From positions 30,168 to 94,167 of the forward strand of contig JABSOS010000011.1 in the NCBI GenBank assembly GCA_013216135.1: a stretch of DNA of 64,000 nt, written 5' to 3'. A program made the translations under genes and the position numbers. This DNA is from Candidatus Caenarcanales bacterium. GTDB taxonomy: Bacteria; Cyanobacteriota; Vampirovibrionia; LMEP-6097. Position 1 is the first letter of the stretch. Every line of letters starts with the position of its first letter. This document shows positions 17,820 to 27,617 of the stretch, one piece after another. The notes beneath the pieces were generated by a model that made no database searches, was not told the origin of the DNA, and was given only the letters and a program-made list of their open reading frames with translations.

Positions 17820-20471
17820 TTAGTCTAGATTTAAATAAGCTTGTCTTAAGTCAAGAAAAGCTTGTTCTTTACTAGAGAGTGTTTTACCATCATTCATTTT
17901 ATTTAATAAATTATTATTTACTTCAATTAAAGCTGTATGCAATGACTCAGTAGCATGAATGAAATCTTCATCATGTCCTTCATTTGAACCACAGTGTGCT
18001 ATTTCATGGATTAATACTGATAATACTGATTCGAAACTATTCTTTAGTAATTCTCTATGCAGTCCAATGCTTTCACATTTATTAAAGTTTAAACCTAAGG
18101 CACCATTTCCTGTATAGACTAGAATAGACTCATCGTTAATATCAATATTAAGGGCATTCGAGATGTATGAAGTAAGAATTTCTAACTTCTCTCTTTCACT
18201 GTTAGTCTTTTCTTTAAAATCCAAATTTTCTACTACATGGATGTGAGGTGTCTGATGATTATTGTGATCATGGCTATGATGGCGTTCATATTTTAAGCCA
18301 TTAATATTTGCTGAATTATATAGCCCCACAAAATCATCTATTTTAGATGAAATTTGATCTTTATCTTTAATACTAGGAATCTTATTTGTTTTTTTAAATT
18401 TTGAAAGGCTTTCATTATTCAGATCAATCTGAATTTGTGTACTTATATCTTCTGGACTTTTAGGAATATCATTTGTATTAGATTCCATTAAGTTTTTCAC
18501 ATCAAAATCAGCAAATATACCGCCAATTATAATTCCTATTGCTAACCCTCCGGGTGCTAAAAATTGCCAAGGGAGATTTTTAATTGAGTTTACTTTATTT
18601 TTTTTCTTAGAACTAGTTATTATGCTTTCATTTTGGGTGTCTTCTAGTTTTATATCTAGAGCTTTACTAAAGTCCATGACTTTAGCAGAAAACTCTAACA
18701 CTAGTTCATTTGAACCGATACTTTGTCTAAATACATTTGAATTTTCATCAAAAGATTTAAGTATTAATTGATGAGAATCTGTAATTGGGTCACGTTTTAA
18801 TCCAAGCTTATAAACAGTATCTTGATTTGCAATCAATAAGTCATTTTCTGAAAGATAGTTATTTTTTATACCTTCTGCTATGAAACCTCTAAGTTGTAAA
18901 ATGAATTGTTGATCTTTACTATCAGGGTTATTTGAGATTAATGGATTATCAAATAACTGTTTAACTTTCTCACTTACATTTAGCTTTATCTTAGTTCTAT
19001 TGTTACTAGAGTCTACAATTTTTGCATCATGTTTGTGGATGAAATTTATGAAGCTCGTAAAAAATTCTTCTTGAGATTCTGTTTTATTAGGGTAAAGAGC
19101 ATTTACTGTTGCTCCATTCTTTGTAGCTTTTCTGAAATCATAACTAGATTTAGCTGATATATTTGATTCTCTGATTTCGTTCGTTCTATCTACGAGAATA
19201 TCTGCTGGCTTTGCTCCTATTCTTTCAAAATCTTTGGGTACAATTGAGATACCTTTTGATCTCAGTTCTTTAATTTCAGCTTCACTTACAGCAGAGGTTT
19301 CATAATAGTGAGCTCCAAAGTGTTTTTCAAAATCTTCCTTCTTATATTCATCACAATAGATGCGGAAAGACAGCTCTTTTACTAATGCATCAACTGCTCC
19401 AGCTCCAGAATCATTCTCCCAGATTTTACTTACTCCCTCTTTCGTCCATATGCCTTTTGATAAATTTAATTGCTTAATTATGTCCTTTGTCTTCATTTCT
19501 GATGCAATATCTAAAACAAATTTTCTGATATCGTAGGAACTTACTTCAGCTCGATCTAAAGTTATTTCATATTCATGAGTCAATGCTAAGCTAAGACCGC
19601 TTAAAGTATCCCAAGTGAAATCTTTTGGTTTACTACTCATTGCAGTTTTCATGACTTGACCATTCAGGAAAAAGCGACCTTTTTGATTAGGTTCAAGCCA
19701 TTTTATAGTTGCTTTTAATTTTGAATTTGACTTAGATTTATAACTTGGATTTTCTAGATAAGGATTCGTATCATGTACTCCCATATCTTGCATTTCCCTT
19801 AGTGCTTGGATTAATTCTTTGTTATTTGTTTTGATTTCATACTTACAAGTATTGGAAGCTCTTGCTCTATTTTCATGAGCAACTAGCCAGGAGCTGCTAA
19901 AATCAAAATTTTTATTAGCTTTTTTAAGATCTTGTTTCTTTACTAGATCATATTCATAAACCCACCCATTTCCATGGATTTTAAACTCTTCTACGCCAAA
20001 GCCTTGAGGTTCCTTATTATTTTTAGGAACATCTCTCATTAGCATTAAAGCTACTTGTTTTAGTCCTATACCATTACCCCCAGCAGAGTTATCAGCTTTT
20101 CCGTCTGAAAAGTCTTCAGTTAGACCAGTACTATTATTTATAGGCCAATTACCTTCAATAATAAATGTTGAAGTGTTATCGTTATTTTTAATTTCTGTAA
20201 ATTGAACATTGTTTAAGGTACCTTTGTTTTTACCAACGTTATGGTCAATGAAATTTTGCACTATTTCTCTTGCAACCCATTCGGCTCCATATCTTTCATG
20301 AGAAGATTTAGCCATAAATTTACCAGACTTAACTATATGATCTTGAATTTTATGAGAACTAGTGGGGAAGAGTTTAGTTAAGGCTTGCTCAACTGCAACT
20401 TTTTCGTTGTTGCTGCCTCGCTTAAACCCAGATGACTCAGATTCATTACTAACATTAAAAATAGAGGACAT
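17820..20471 (-). CDS. GHKL-ATPase-like N-domain + TM segment + C-terminal HEXXH zinc peptidase
   Basis: REIVQNFID and GGNGIGLK (GHKL N and G2 boxes). TM segment APGGLAIGIIIGGIFA. HEIAHCGSNEGHDEDF. Confidence 0.6.
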   Translation of the reverse strand: MSSIFNVSNESESSGFKRGSNNEKVAVEQALTKLFPTSSHKIQDHIVKSGKFMAKSSHERYGAEWVAREIVQNFIDHNVGKNKGTLNNVQFTEIKNNDNTSTFIIEGNWPINNSTGLTEDFSDGKADNSAGGNGIGLKQVALMLMRDVPKNNKEPQGFGVEEFKIHGNGWVYEYDLVKKQDLKKANKNFDFSSSWLVAHENRARASNTCKYEIKTNNKELIQALREMQDMGVHDTNPYLENPSYKSKSNSKLKATIKWLEPNQKGRFFLNGQVMKTAMSSKPKDFTWDTLSGLSLALTHEYEITLDRAEVSSYDIRKFVLDIASEMKTKDIIKQLNLSKGIWTKEGVSKIWENDSGAGAVDALVKELSFRIYCDEYKKEDFEKHFGAHYYETSAVSEAEIKELRSKGISIVPKDFERIGAKPADILVDRTNEIRESNISAKSSYDFRKATKNGATVNALYPNKTESQEEFFTSFINFIHKHDAKIVDSSNNRTKIKLNVSEKVKQLFDNPLISNNPDSKDQQFILQLRGFIAEGIKNNYLSENDLLIANQDTVYKLGLKRDPITDSHQLILKSFDENSNVFRQSIGSNELVLEFSAKVMDFSKALDIKLEDTQNESIITSSKKKNKVNSIKNLPWQFLAPGGLAIGIIIGGIFADFDVKNLMESNTNDIPKSPEDISTQIQIDLNNESLSKFKKTNKIPSIKDKDQISSKIDDFVGLYNSANINGLKYERHHSHDHNNHQTPHIHVVENLDFKEKTNSEREKLEILTSYISNALNIDINDESILVYTGNGALGLNFNKCESIGLHRELLKNSFESVLSVLIHEIAHCGSNEGHDEDFIHATESLHTALIEVNNNLLNKMNDGKTLSSKEQAFLDLRQAYLNLD

Positions 20472-20549
20472 AAAAATATAAAGTCAAAATAAGAGTTTTT
20501 TGTATACCTAGGTATGATAATTTAACTTGGTTATTTTAAGATATAGTTA

Positions 20550-21155
20550 ATGATATTGATTTGCTCAGCTTGGGATGAAGAAACTAAATATTTAGATTTA
20601 GGTAATGATGTTGAAATTCTCAATCTCGGTATTGGATATTTAAACGCAGCATTAAAGCTAGAAAGGTATCTTAAATCTAGTGAAAAGCCTATCGAAAGAA
20701 TAGTTTTTATAGGAACAGCTGGACTGATTGCTTATAATGAGCAAAAATTTGAAATGGATGATTCAAAAATTTATTCAATTAAAAAGGTAAGTTTAGGTGA
20801 TTATTTATCAAAGTTAGACTATTCTTATGTTCCAGTTGAATATAAAGTGCATGAAATTGAATCTTTTAATGATCTTGAAGATCCTTTATCTAAAGCAGTA
20901 GCATTTTCAAATTTAGAAATTACAAAGTCACCTAAGTTATCTGAAAAAATTCTTGAAGAATACCCTAGTCAAACCTTAGTCGAAAATATGGAGCTTTATG
21001 GAATTGCAGCTATAGCTGCTGATCATAAAACACCTCTTAGTTCATTTTTAGTTACGACTAACTACACAAATTTTTTCGCCCATGAAGATTGGAAGGCTAA
21101 TCATAAAGAAGCTTCTAAAAATCTCTGTGACTATGTTTCAAAACTTTGCTTTTAA
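20550..21155 (+). CDS. PNP/UDP-family nucleosidase (MTA/SAH or futalosine hydrolase-like)
   Basis: LGIGYLNAA, FIGTAG, VENME, TTNY. Confidence 0.75.
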   Translation: MILICSAWDEETKYLDLGNDVEILNLGIGYLNAALKLERYLKSSEKPIERIVFIGTAGLIAYNEQKFEMDDSKIYSIKKVSLGDYLSKLDYSYVPVEYKVHEIESFNDLEDPLSKAVAFSNLEITKSPKLSEKILEEYPSQTLVENMELYGIAAIAADHKTPLSSFLVTTNYTNFFAHEDWKANHKEASKNLCDYVSKLCF

Positions 21156-21163
21156 GCAAAACC

Positions 21164-22753
21164 TTAAAGGTATAAATTTTTAACGTAATTAGTTATTTCA
21201 TTAAATAGAGGTCCAGCCACTGTATCTCCCCAGCGCCCATCTGTTTTAGGGTCATCTATAACCACTAAACTTATATATTTAGGGTTCTCGGCTGGATAGA
21301 AACCTACAAATGAAGCGATGGTATTGTAATGTGAGTAGCGTCCATCTTTTCTAATCTTCTGAGCAGTTCCTGTTTTTCCTGCAACCCTAATTCCAGAAAC
21401 ATTTCCAGCTTTAGCCCATTTTTCTTTGATATTCGTCGCTACAGAGTCTGCTAGGCGTATCTGGATTTCTTTAGCTATCTTAGGGTCTATAACTTTAACT
21501 TTACTTTGAATTAGACCGGCTTTATTGCGGTTGCGAATAATCGTCGGCTGCATCCATGTTCCATCATTAGCTATGGTATTAATTGCAGCTAATACTTGAA
21601 TCGGGGTAACTGCTATAGCTCCCTGCCCGATTGCAGTAGAGGCTAAGTCTGAATCTTTCCATGTATTATGGTGTCTTAGAAGACCAGTACTCTCTCCAGG
21701 AAGCTCAACACCAGTTCTTTGTGAGAAACCAAACAGTTTTAGATAGTTATGGAAAACTTCTTTCCCCATTTTAAGACCTAAGTGAGCTGCAAATGGGTTA
21801 CTTGATGTTTCAAATAAGCCTGTTAAGTCGAGTTCTCTTTCCTCGGTTTTACCTTTTATATAGTCGTGGTTTTGGATGCGCCACTTATCTACCATGATGA
21901 ATCCCTCATCTATAAAGCTGTAGTCACTATCTATAATCTTAGAATCAAGTGCTGAAGCTACGGTGATGATCTTGAAGATTGAGCCTGGTTGATAAACATC
22001 TACGATACTCCAATTCTTTAAGCGTCTTAATGAGTAGTCTTTATAGAAGTTAGGGTTATAAGCAGGACTCGAAGCCCAAGCTAGTATCTCTGCAGATTTT
22101 ACATCCATGACAATCGCTGTACCTTGCTCAGCTTTAGTTTTTTCAATATGTTTATCTAATTTTTCTTCGATGAAACCTTGAAGACGAGAATCTATAGTAA
22201 GTTCAAGCTTAGCTTCAGGGTTTTGTTCTAAAAATTCTTTATGATAAAGTTCGACTCCTTGTCTAGCAGAGCCGTATAAATCTACATAGCCTAAAAGATG
22301 TGATGCAAAAGTATCCTCTGGGTAAAAACGAGTGATGACTTTTCTCATGTAAAGAGAAGGTGAGTGGAGTTTTCTAATCTTTTGAACCTGTTCACGAGTG
22401 AGATTAAAGGCTAAAGTTTGACTTGATTTTTTATAAAGTAGTTTCTTTGAGCTTTCTGGGAAATCAAAGATTGCTGCAAGTTCACGTGCTAGAACAGATT
22501 TGTTTTCTTTTTTAGATGCTTCACATGGATTGTATTCTAGCGTGTAACGCTCTATATCCATCGCAAGGGTTTTGCCAAACTTATCTGTTATTTCTCCTCT
22601 ATTTGTTAGTGACTTAACATTAGTTCTAAGCTGTTTAACTCTTTTATAGAACTTAGAACCCTGGATTATTTGAAGATTGAAAAGTCTTGCAACTATTATG
22701 AAAAATGAAACAAGAATAAGTATTTGAATTAAGCGATATCTAAATCTACTCAT
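21164..22753 (-). CDS. Class B penicillin-binding protein (FtsI/PBP2 family)
   Basis: N-terminal TM, RGEITD, PGSIFK (SxxK), SSN, KTGTAQ. Confidence 0.93.
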   Translation of the reverse strand: MSRFRYRLIQILILVSFFIIVARLFNLQIIQGSKFYKRVKQLRTNVKSLTNRGEITDKFGKTLAMDIERYTLEYNPCEASKKENKSVLARELAAIFDFPESSKKLLYKKSSQTLAFNLTREQVQKIRKLHSPSLYMRKVITRFYPEDTFASHLLGYVDLYGSARQGVELYHKEFLEQNPEAKLELTIDSRLQGFIEEKLDKHIEKTKAEQGTAIVMDVKSAEILAWASSPAYNPNFYKDYSLRRLKNWSIVDVYQPGSIFKIITVASALDSKIIDSDYSFIDEGFIMVDKWRIQNHDYIKGKTEERELDLTGLFETSSNPFAAHLGLKMGKEVFHNYLKLFGFSQRTGVELPGESTGLLRHHNTWKDSDLASTAIGQGAIAVTPIQVLAAINTIANDGTWMQPTIIRNRNKAGLIQSKVKVIDPKIAKEIQIRLADSVATNIKEKWAKAGNVSGIRVAGKTGTAQKIRKDGRYSHYNTIASFVGFYPAENPKYISLVVIDDPKTDGRWGDTVAGPLFNEITNYVKNLYL

Positions 22754-22758
22754 GGAGC

Positions 22759-23634
22759 TTAACTAGTTAATGACTCCTCTATTTTAGGGCTTGAAGATAT
22801 ATGGTAAGAGCCTAACCATTTGTAGTAATTAAAGTACATACTAAGGTCACGCATCGCTGTCACAAACTTTTCTTCGTCCCTATGAGCATTACAATCTACG
22901 CTAAATAAATAACTTCCGAGAAGATTCTTCGATGGACGAGATTCAATCCTAGATAGGTTTATATCATGATCAGAAAATGCTTTGAGCACTCTATGGAGGC
23001 TTCCTGGCTCATCTACGATTTGGAAAATAATAGATGTTTTAGCATCTTTGCCTTCAATATAGTCAGAAGGCTTATTCGATAAGAGCCAGAATCTAGTTAT
23101 ATTATTCTGAGAATCATTAATAGCTTTGTGGAGAATTTTCAAATCGTATAGTTTTGCGCAGAATTCAGGTGCAACAGCAGCTGTTAAATCATCCTTAGAA
23201 TTATTAGCATCAATTGCAGCTTTGCTGTTACTTGCAGATGGTTCCATTACTGCATTAGGGCAGTTTGCTCTAATGAATTCTCCACATTGAGCAAAGCTCA
23301 TAGGGTGTGAAATGATCTTTCCTATTTTATGTAAGTCTTGCTCTGATTTAGATAGCAGGCAGTGCTTAATGCTTAGAAGATATTCTTTATTTATATAAGC
23401 GCCGTTATATTTTAGTAGTGCATCTAAAGTTTCTCCCACTGCTCCAGCTAGAGAGTTCTCAACAGGAATCACAGCTTGATCAACCTGTGAACTAGAAATA
23501 GCTTCTACTAAGCTTGTGATAGTAGGCATACTAACAAATTCTATGTCAGTTACGACATTAAATTCACTGGTAGCAAGGTTTATAGCAGCTATATGGGAAA
23601 ATGACCCTGAAGGTCCAAGGAAAGCTATCTTCAT
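22759..23634 (-). CDS. pheA: Prephenate dehydratase
   Basis: FLGPSGSFS, PVENS, NITRF, ACT domain with SRIESRP. Second ATG preferred because TATAAT lies 7 nt upstream of it. Confidence 0.95.
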   Translation of the reverse strand: MKIAFLGPSGSFSHIAAINLATSEFNVVTDIEFVSMPTITSLVEAISSSQVDQAVIPVENSLAGAVGETLDALLKYNGAYINKEYLLSIKHCLLSKSEQDLHKIGKIISHPMSFAQCGEFIRANCPNAVMEPSASNSKAAIDANNSKDDLTAAVAPEFCAKLYDLKILHKAINDSQNNITRFWLLSNKPSDYIEGKDAKTSIIFQIVDEPGSLHRVLKAFSDHDINLSRIESRPSKNLLGSYLFSVDCNAHRDEEKFVTAMRDLSMYFNYYKWLGSYHISSSPKIEESLTS

Positions 23635-23659
23635 CATGTTTATTATAGCGCTGATTTGC

Positions 23660-25099
23660 TTATGCTACAGGCGCTAATTCAGCTTCACTTACTATAGGCA
23701 TTTCTGGTTTAGGTTCTTCTAACGGATTTTCTCTATTGAAGCTCACTACGGCGTTTGCAGCATCTGTTTGAGGTCTACTTATTCTATTCGCTATGCTCTC
23801 AGGCAGACAATGTCCAGCATTTGCTTTGAGCATTGCTTTACCTACACTCAAGAAGAATTCTGGTAAGTTCTTCGCTGACAAGGTGTCGTTACTCTTAAAT
23901 TCTGCGTTTTCTTCTTTTACAGCAGCTGTATTTGCAGCTGCTGCCCAAGTTCCGAATAAGCCCATTAACGATTCTGTTTGTCTTTCAAATGGTTTCATGA
24001 ATGGAAGGTTAAGAAGTACGTCAAGCACTCCTTCTGTAGTGTAATTACCACCTGAGGCAACTGACTGAATTCTGCCTCGTTCCATATTGTCTTGAGAGAA
24101 GCGCTCACAATCAGTGGCAACACATGCAAAATTATCCCTTAATACATTTCCTGCCGTGATTAACGCTTCACCCAAGTTATTACCAGACTCACGCATAATG
24201 AGTCCACTTTGCTTCGTTGCAAAACCAATCATCTGGAGAACACCACCCACAGTACCATTTACACCAGTACTATTACGAGGGTCAAAGGCTCTCATTCCAT
24301 GTTTACTAATGGCATCAAAAGTATCTTTAAACTGTTCTGTAAAAGCTTTAATACTTTCACCTGGGTTCGCGTAACCTTCTGATCCCATCTTACGTTTATT
24401 TGCTGAAGATGAGATGTTCATAGGTCCATTGGCTGCTCCAAAGAAGCTGTAAACATTATTAAAGCTGATATTTAAATTAGGTACTTTCACGCCCACAGCT
24501 TTAAGAGGCATAGTCAATAAGTGAAAAACATTAAATGCAGATAGAACTTTGAATAATCCAGCTCCAGAGGCTATTAAATCATTATATTTAGAGACTTTAG
24601 AGAATTTCCCTAAAGCTGCAATTCCAACCATCCCTCTATAAGCATATTTCCCTGCAAATTCAATGAATTTGTTATGAGGAAGAGCCAAGCCAAGTAAGTT
24701 TGCTCCAATTGATACTTGATTTGCAAGTTTAGAAATAAAGCTTTGGATTTTAGTACCATTCGCCATTTCTTTATTCTCTGCGTATGCTTCAAAGGCTTTT
24801 TTTAGTGGAGGAATAGGACTAAGTAAATTTGCAAATTTATGGTAGATTGTATCTTGAGGCTTTGGAGCTTCAGGTTCTTCTGCTACTAGATTTTCATTCT
24901 GCTTTGCTTCATTTTCTAAATTTTCATCTTTTGCTGCTAAATCTTCTGCAATTTCTTGGTTATTGTTTGCTTGAATAGTAGTTGATGCCAAATCTGGCTC
25001 AACTGAGTTTATTTTTTCCGCACTCTCTCCTATTGCTGTTCCACTAGCTCCATTTTTTTCAAAATGAGAACCTGCAGAGACAGCCGTTGTCTTTTGCAA
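23660..25099 (-). CDS. Orphan protein with acidic disordered N-terminus and Gly/Ala-rich hydrophobic helices
   Basis: 479-aa ORF with no recognisable motif. Confidence 0.6.
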   Translation of the reverse strand: MQKTTAVSAGSHFEKNGASGTAIGESAEKINSVEPDLASTTIQANNNQEIAEDLAAKDENLENEAKQNENLVAEEPEAPKPQDTIYHKFANLLSPIPPLKKAFEAYAENKEMANGTKIQSFISKLANQVSIGANLLGLALPHNKFIEFAGKYAYRGMVGIAALGKFSKVSKYNDLIASGAGLFKVLSAFNVFHLLTMPLKAVGVKVPNLNISFNNVYSFFGAANGPMNISSSANKRKMGSEGYANPGESIKAFTEQFKDTFDAISKHGMRAFDPRNSTGVNGTVGGVLQMIGFATKQSGLIMRESGNNLGEALITAGNVLRDNFACVATDCERFSQDNMERGRIQSVASGGNYTTEGVLDVLLNLPFMKPFERQTESLMGLFGTWAAAANTAAVKEENAEFKSNDTLSAKNLPEFFLSVGKAMLKANAGHCLPESIANRISRPQTDAANAVVSFNRENPLEEPKPEMPIVSEAELAPVA

Positions 25100-25191
25100 T
25101 TCAAATTATCCTTTGTTGCTGATAATTATTAGGTATTAAGGGAATTAGTATTAAGTATAGCTAAATTTCTTAACTTTTTGTTTAATTTTTT

Positions 25192-25692
25192 TTAATGTAT
25201 AAATATGTTTTTCAATTTTGATAGCAAAAATAGAACATGCTCACAGACTGTAAATGTGAAAGGTGAAATGAAATACAGGTATAGTGCGGCAAAACCCCAT
25301 GCAGATAATATATCCCAGATATCGTGAACTTTTAAGTAAAGTCTTGATAAACCTAAGAAAATAGGCATTGTTAAGAAAATAATTTCAACCGGAAAGCTAA
25401 AGTCAAAGAAATAAACTAAAGAATAAAAGAATACCGTCGACATAAAAGCGTGCCCGGAGGGCATGCTAAAGCCAGTGACCTTAACCTTTGCATTATTCTG
25501 GTTTGGTCTTGGCTTACGAATAGTATTTTTTAGAAATAGGTTTGTTGCATAGCCGAAGAACCACACTGATGAAAGATAAGCACCTTTTTCGAAGTTAATA
25601 AAAAAGGTTAAAAAACAAAGCACTAAAAATTGAGGAAATAAATTTCCAATTAACGTGAAGCTTCTGATTAGATAATATCTTTTACTTTTCAC
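25192..25692 (-). CDS. PAP2-family membrane phosphatase
   Basis: K..IRKPRP, PSGH, SRLYLKVH. Confidence 0.9.
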   Translation of the reverse strand: MKSKRYYLIRSFTLIGNLFPQFLVLCFLTFFINFEKGAYLSSVWFFGYATNLFLKNTIRKPRPNQNNAKVKVTGFSMPSGHAFMSTVFFYSLVYFFDFSFPVEIIFLTMPIFLGLSRLYLKVHDIWDILSAWGFAALYLYFISPFTFTVCEHVLFLLSKLKNIFIH

Positions 25693-25694
25693 TA

Positions 25695-26708
25695 TTAATG
25701 AAATTTACCAAGAAATTTCTTTATTAAACTCCCTAAAGCAGAGGAATTACTAAAGTAACTACTTAACCATAAGCCGATGAATCTAATATCAAAAATTCTT
25801 AAAAAGTTTTTACTTAAAGAATAACTAAGTTTAGCTCTAGCTAAACCAGGCTTCCCTGCAAGTATGTACCAATAAGCAAAGCGCAAGAATGCTAAGCTAT
25901 AAGCTTCACGCATTTCAGCAAGTACTATTTTCTTAGCTTCATTACTACCACTAATTTTCATAGGTAATTGACCTTCAATATCAGCTTCACTAGTATCTTC
26001 TAGATTAGTATTAGCATCTAAAACTTTTAAAGTAACTTCTTCGATTCTTTCTGCTTTAACATTTTGAACTGATTGTCCAGGGTGTATACGGTAATTTCCT
26101 AAAGGTTCTTTAATATGATAGAACTCCCCAAACTTAGAGAGTCTTAGCCAGAAGTCCCAGTCTTCGTAAGGTATAAAGTCAGTTACTTGAGACCCAACTT
26201 TATCAAGAGCTTCTTTTCTGATCATAGGTGTAACTGATGGAATAAAATTTCTTTTTAGTAAGTGAAAGTAAACTAAGCCGCTTGCTCCTTGCTGCTGTCT
26301 TGCAGCTGATTTTAGGCTTTTATTTTCTGGTGAAATTCTATTTACAGAAGCGTAAGAAAGAACCACTTCTGGTTTTTCTTCCATGATCTTTACTTGAGTT
26401 TCTAATTTGTTTTCTAGCCAAGTGTCGTCAGAATCGACTAAGCAAACATATTTACCATTTGCCTTGCTAATCCCAAAGCTTCTAGCAACTGCTCTTTCTG
26501 AGTTTTTCTGTTTGAAATATTTTACACGAGAGTCTTTATCAGTGAAAGTTTTTACTATTTCTTCAGTGTTATCAGTGCTGCCATCATCTATGAATATAAC
26601 TTCAAAGTTGCTGTAACTCTGTTTTAGAATACTTTCTAAATTATCAGATATGAATTTTGCTTGGTTATAGCTAGGAATAACAACTGAAACTAATGGTGAA
26701 TTACTCAT
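25695..26708 (-). CDS. Family 2 glycosyltransferase
   Basis: VSVVIPSYN, DDGSTD, DSDD, EDWDFWLR. Confidence 0.92.
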   Translation of the reverse strand: MSNSPLVSVVIPSYNQAKFISDNLESILKQSYSNFEVIFIDDGSTDNTEEIVKTFTDKDSRVKYFKQKNSERAVARSFGISKANGKYVCLVDSDDTWLENKLETQVKIMEEKPEVVLSYASVNRISPENKSLKSAARQQQGASGLVYFHLLKRNFIPSVTPMIRKEALDKVGSQVTDFIPYEDWDFWLRLSKFGEFYHIKEPLGNYRIHPGQSVQNVKAERIEEVTLKVLDANTNLEDTSEADIEGQLPMKISGSNEAKKIVLAEMREAYSLAFLRFAYWYILAGKPGLARAKLSYSLSKNFLRIFDIRFIGLWLSSYFSNSSALGSLIKKFLGKFH

Positions 26709-26723
26709 CTTATCTCTCCCAAT

Positions 26724-27542
26724 CTATGATAACTCGGATTTCATAAGTAAATTATCTAAATTGATAAAATCTCCAATGTCAATATTTTCTCTAGTCTTAA
26801 TTTCTTTTGCAGCAGCGGTATATGACCATATCGTTCCTGGATAAACTAGCATTGGTGCATAGTAACTGTGTACATCATTGAATACTTTAGCTAAATTCTC
26901 TCTTGTCTTTTTAAGTTCAGATCTTTGGAAGAAAGGAGAACCTGACTGAGCGCAGAATACACCATGCTCTTTTAAAGTTCTTTTGATTTTTTTATAAAAA
27001 TCTTCTTCGATGAGTCCAGCAGCAAAGCCTTCTGGATCAGTAGAATCGCATAGTATTAAGTCATAAGTATTTTCAGCACAGTTGTCGATGAATTTAAGTG
27101 CATCCTCACATCTAAGATCTAACTTAGGGTTATTCAGAGCAATTGAGATTTGTGGGAAAAATTCTTTAGAAGCATTAATAACTTCTTCATCGATTTCTAC
27201 CATCGTAACTTTACTGATGCGTGAATCATATTTAGTAAATAAATCCCTCACTATACCACCATCACCACCACCGATTACTAGAATATTCAAATCATGAGCT
27301 GCTTCATCTATATTTTGCATTCCATACTTAGTAAGTGCATGATGATACATGTGTTCATCAATGTCACTAAGCATTAAAGCTCCATCTAGAGCCATTACTG
27401 TGCCATAGTTATCATTTTCAAAGATGAAAATTTCTTGATATTTACTTTGTTTTTTCAAGTGAACTTTAGAAACTTTCATGCCGATGCTTTGCACACCTTG
27501 GTGAATTTCTTGGAACCATAGATCTGTATTATCAGCTGACAT
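26724..27542 (-). CDS. speE: Spermidine synthase
   Basis: SKYQEI, LVIGGGDGG, VEIDEEVI, DSTDP. Confidence 0.93.
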   Translation of the reverse strand: MSADNTDLWFQEIHQGVQSIGMKVSKVHLKKQSKYQEIFIFENDNYGTVMALDGALMLSDIDEHMYHHALTKYGMQNIDEAAHDLNILVIGGGDGGIVRDLFTKYDSRISKVTMVEIDEEVINASKEFFPQISIALNNPKLDLRCEDALKFIDNCAENTYDLILCDSTDPEGFAAGLIEEDFYKKIKRTLKEHGVFCAQSGSPFFQRSELKKTRENLAKVFNDVHSYYAPMLVYPGTIWSYTAAAKEIKTRENIDIGDFINLDNLLMKSELS

Positions 27543-27617
27543 AGGCGTTATATTTTAGCAAATGATGGAGTTAAGGACTTCCTTTATGAATTAATAACTA
27601 ATTTTTGATATCATGGG

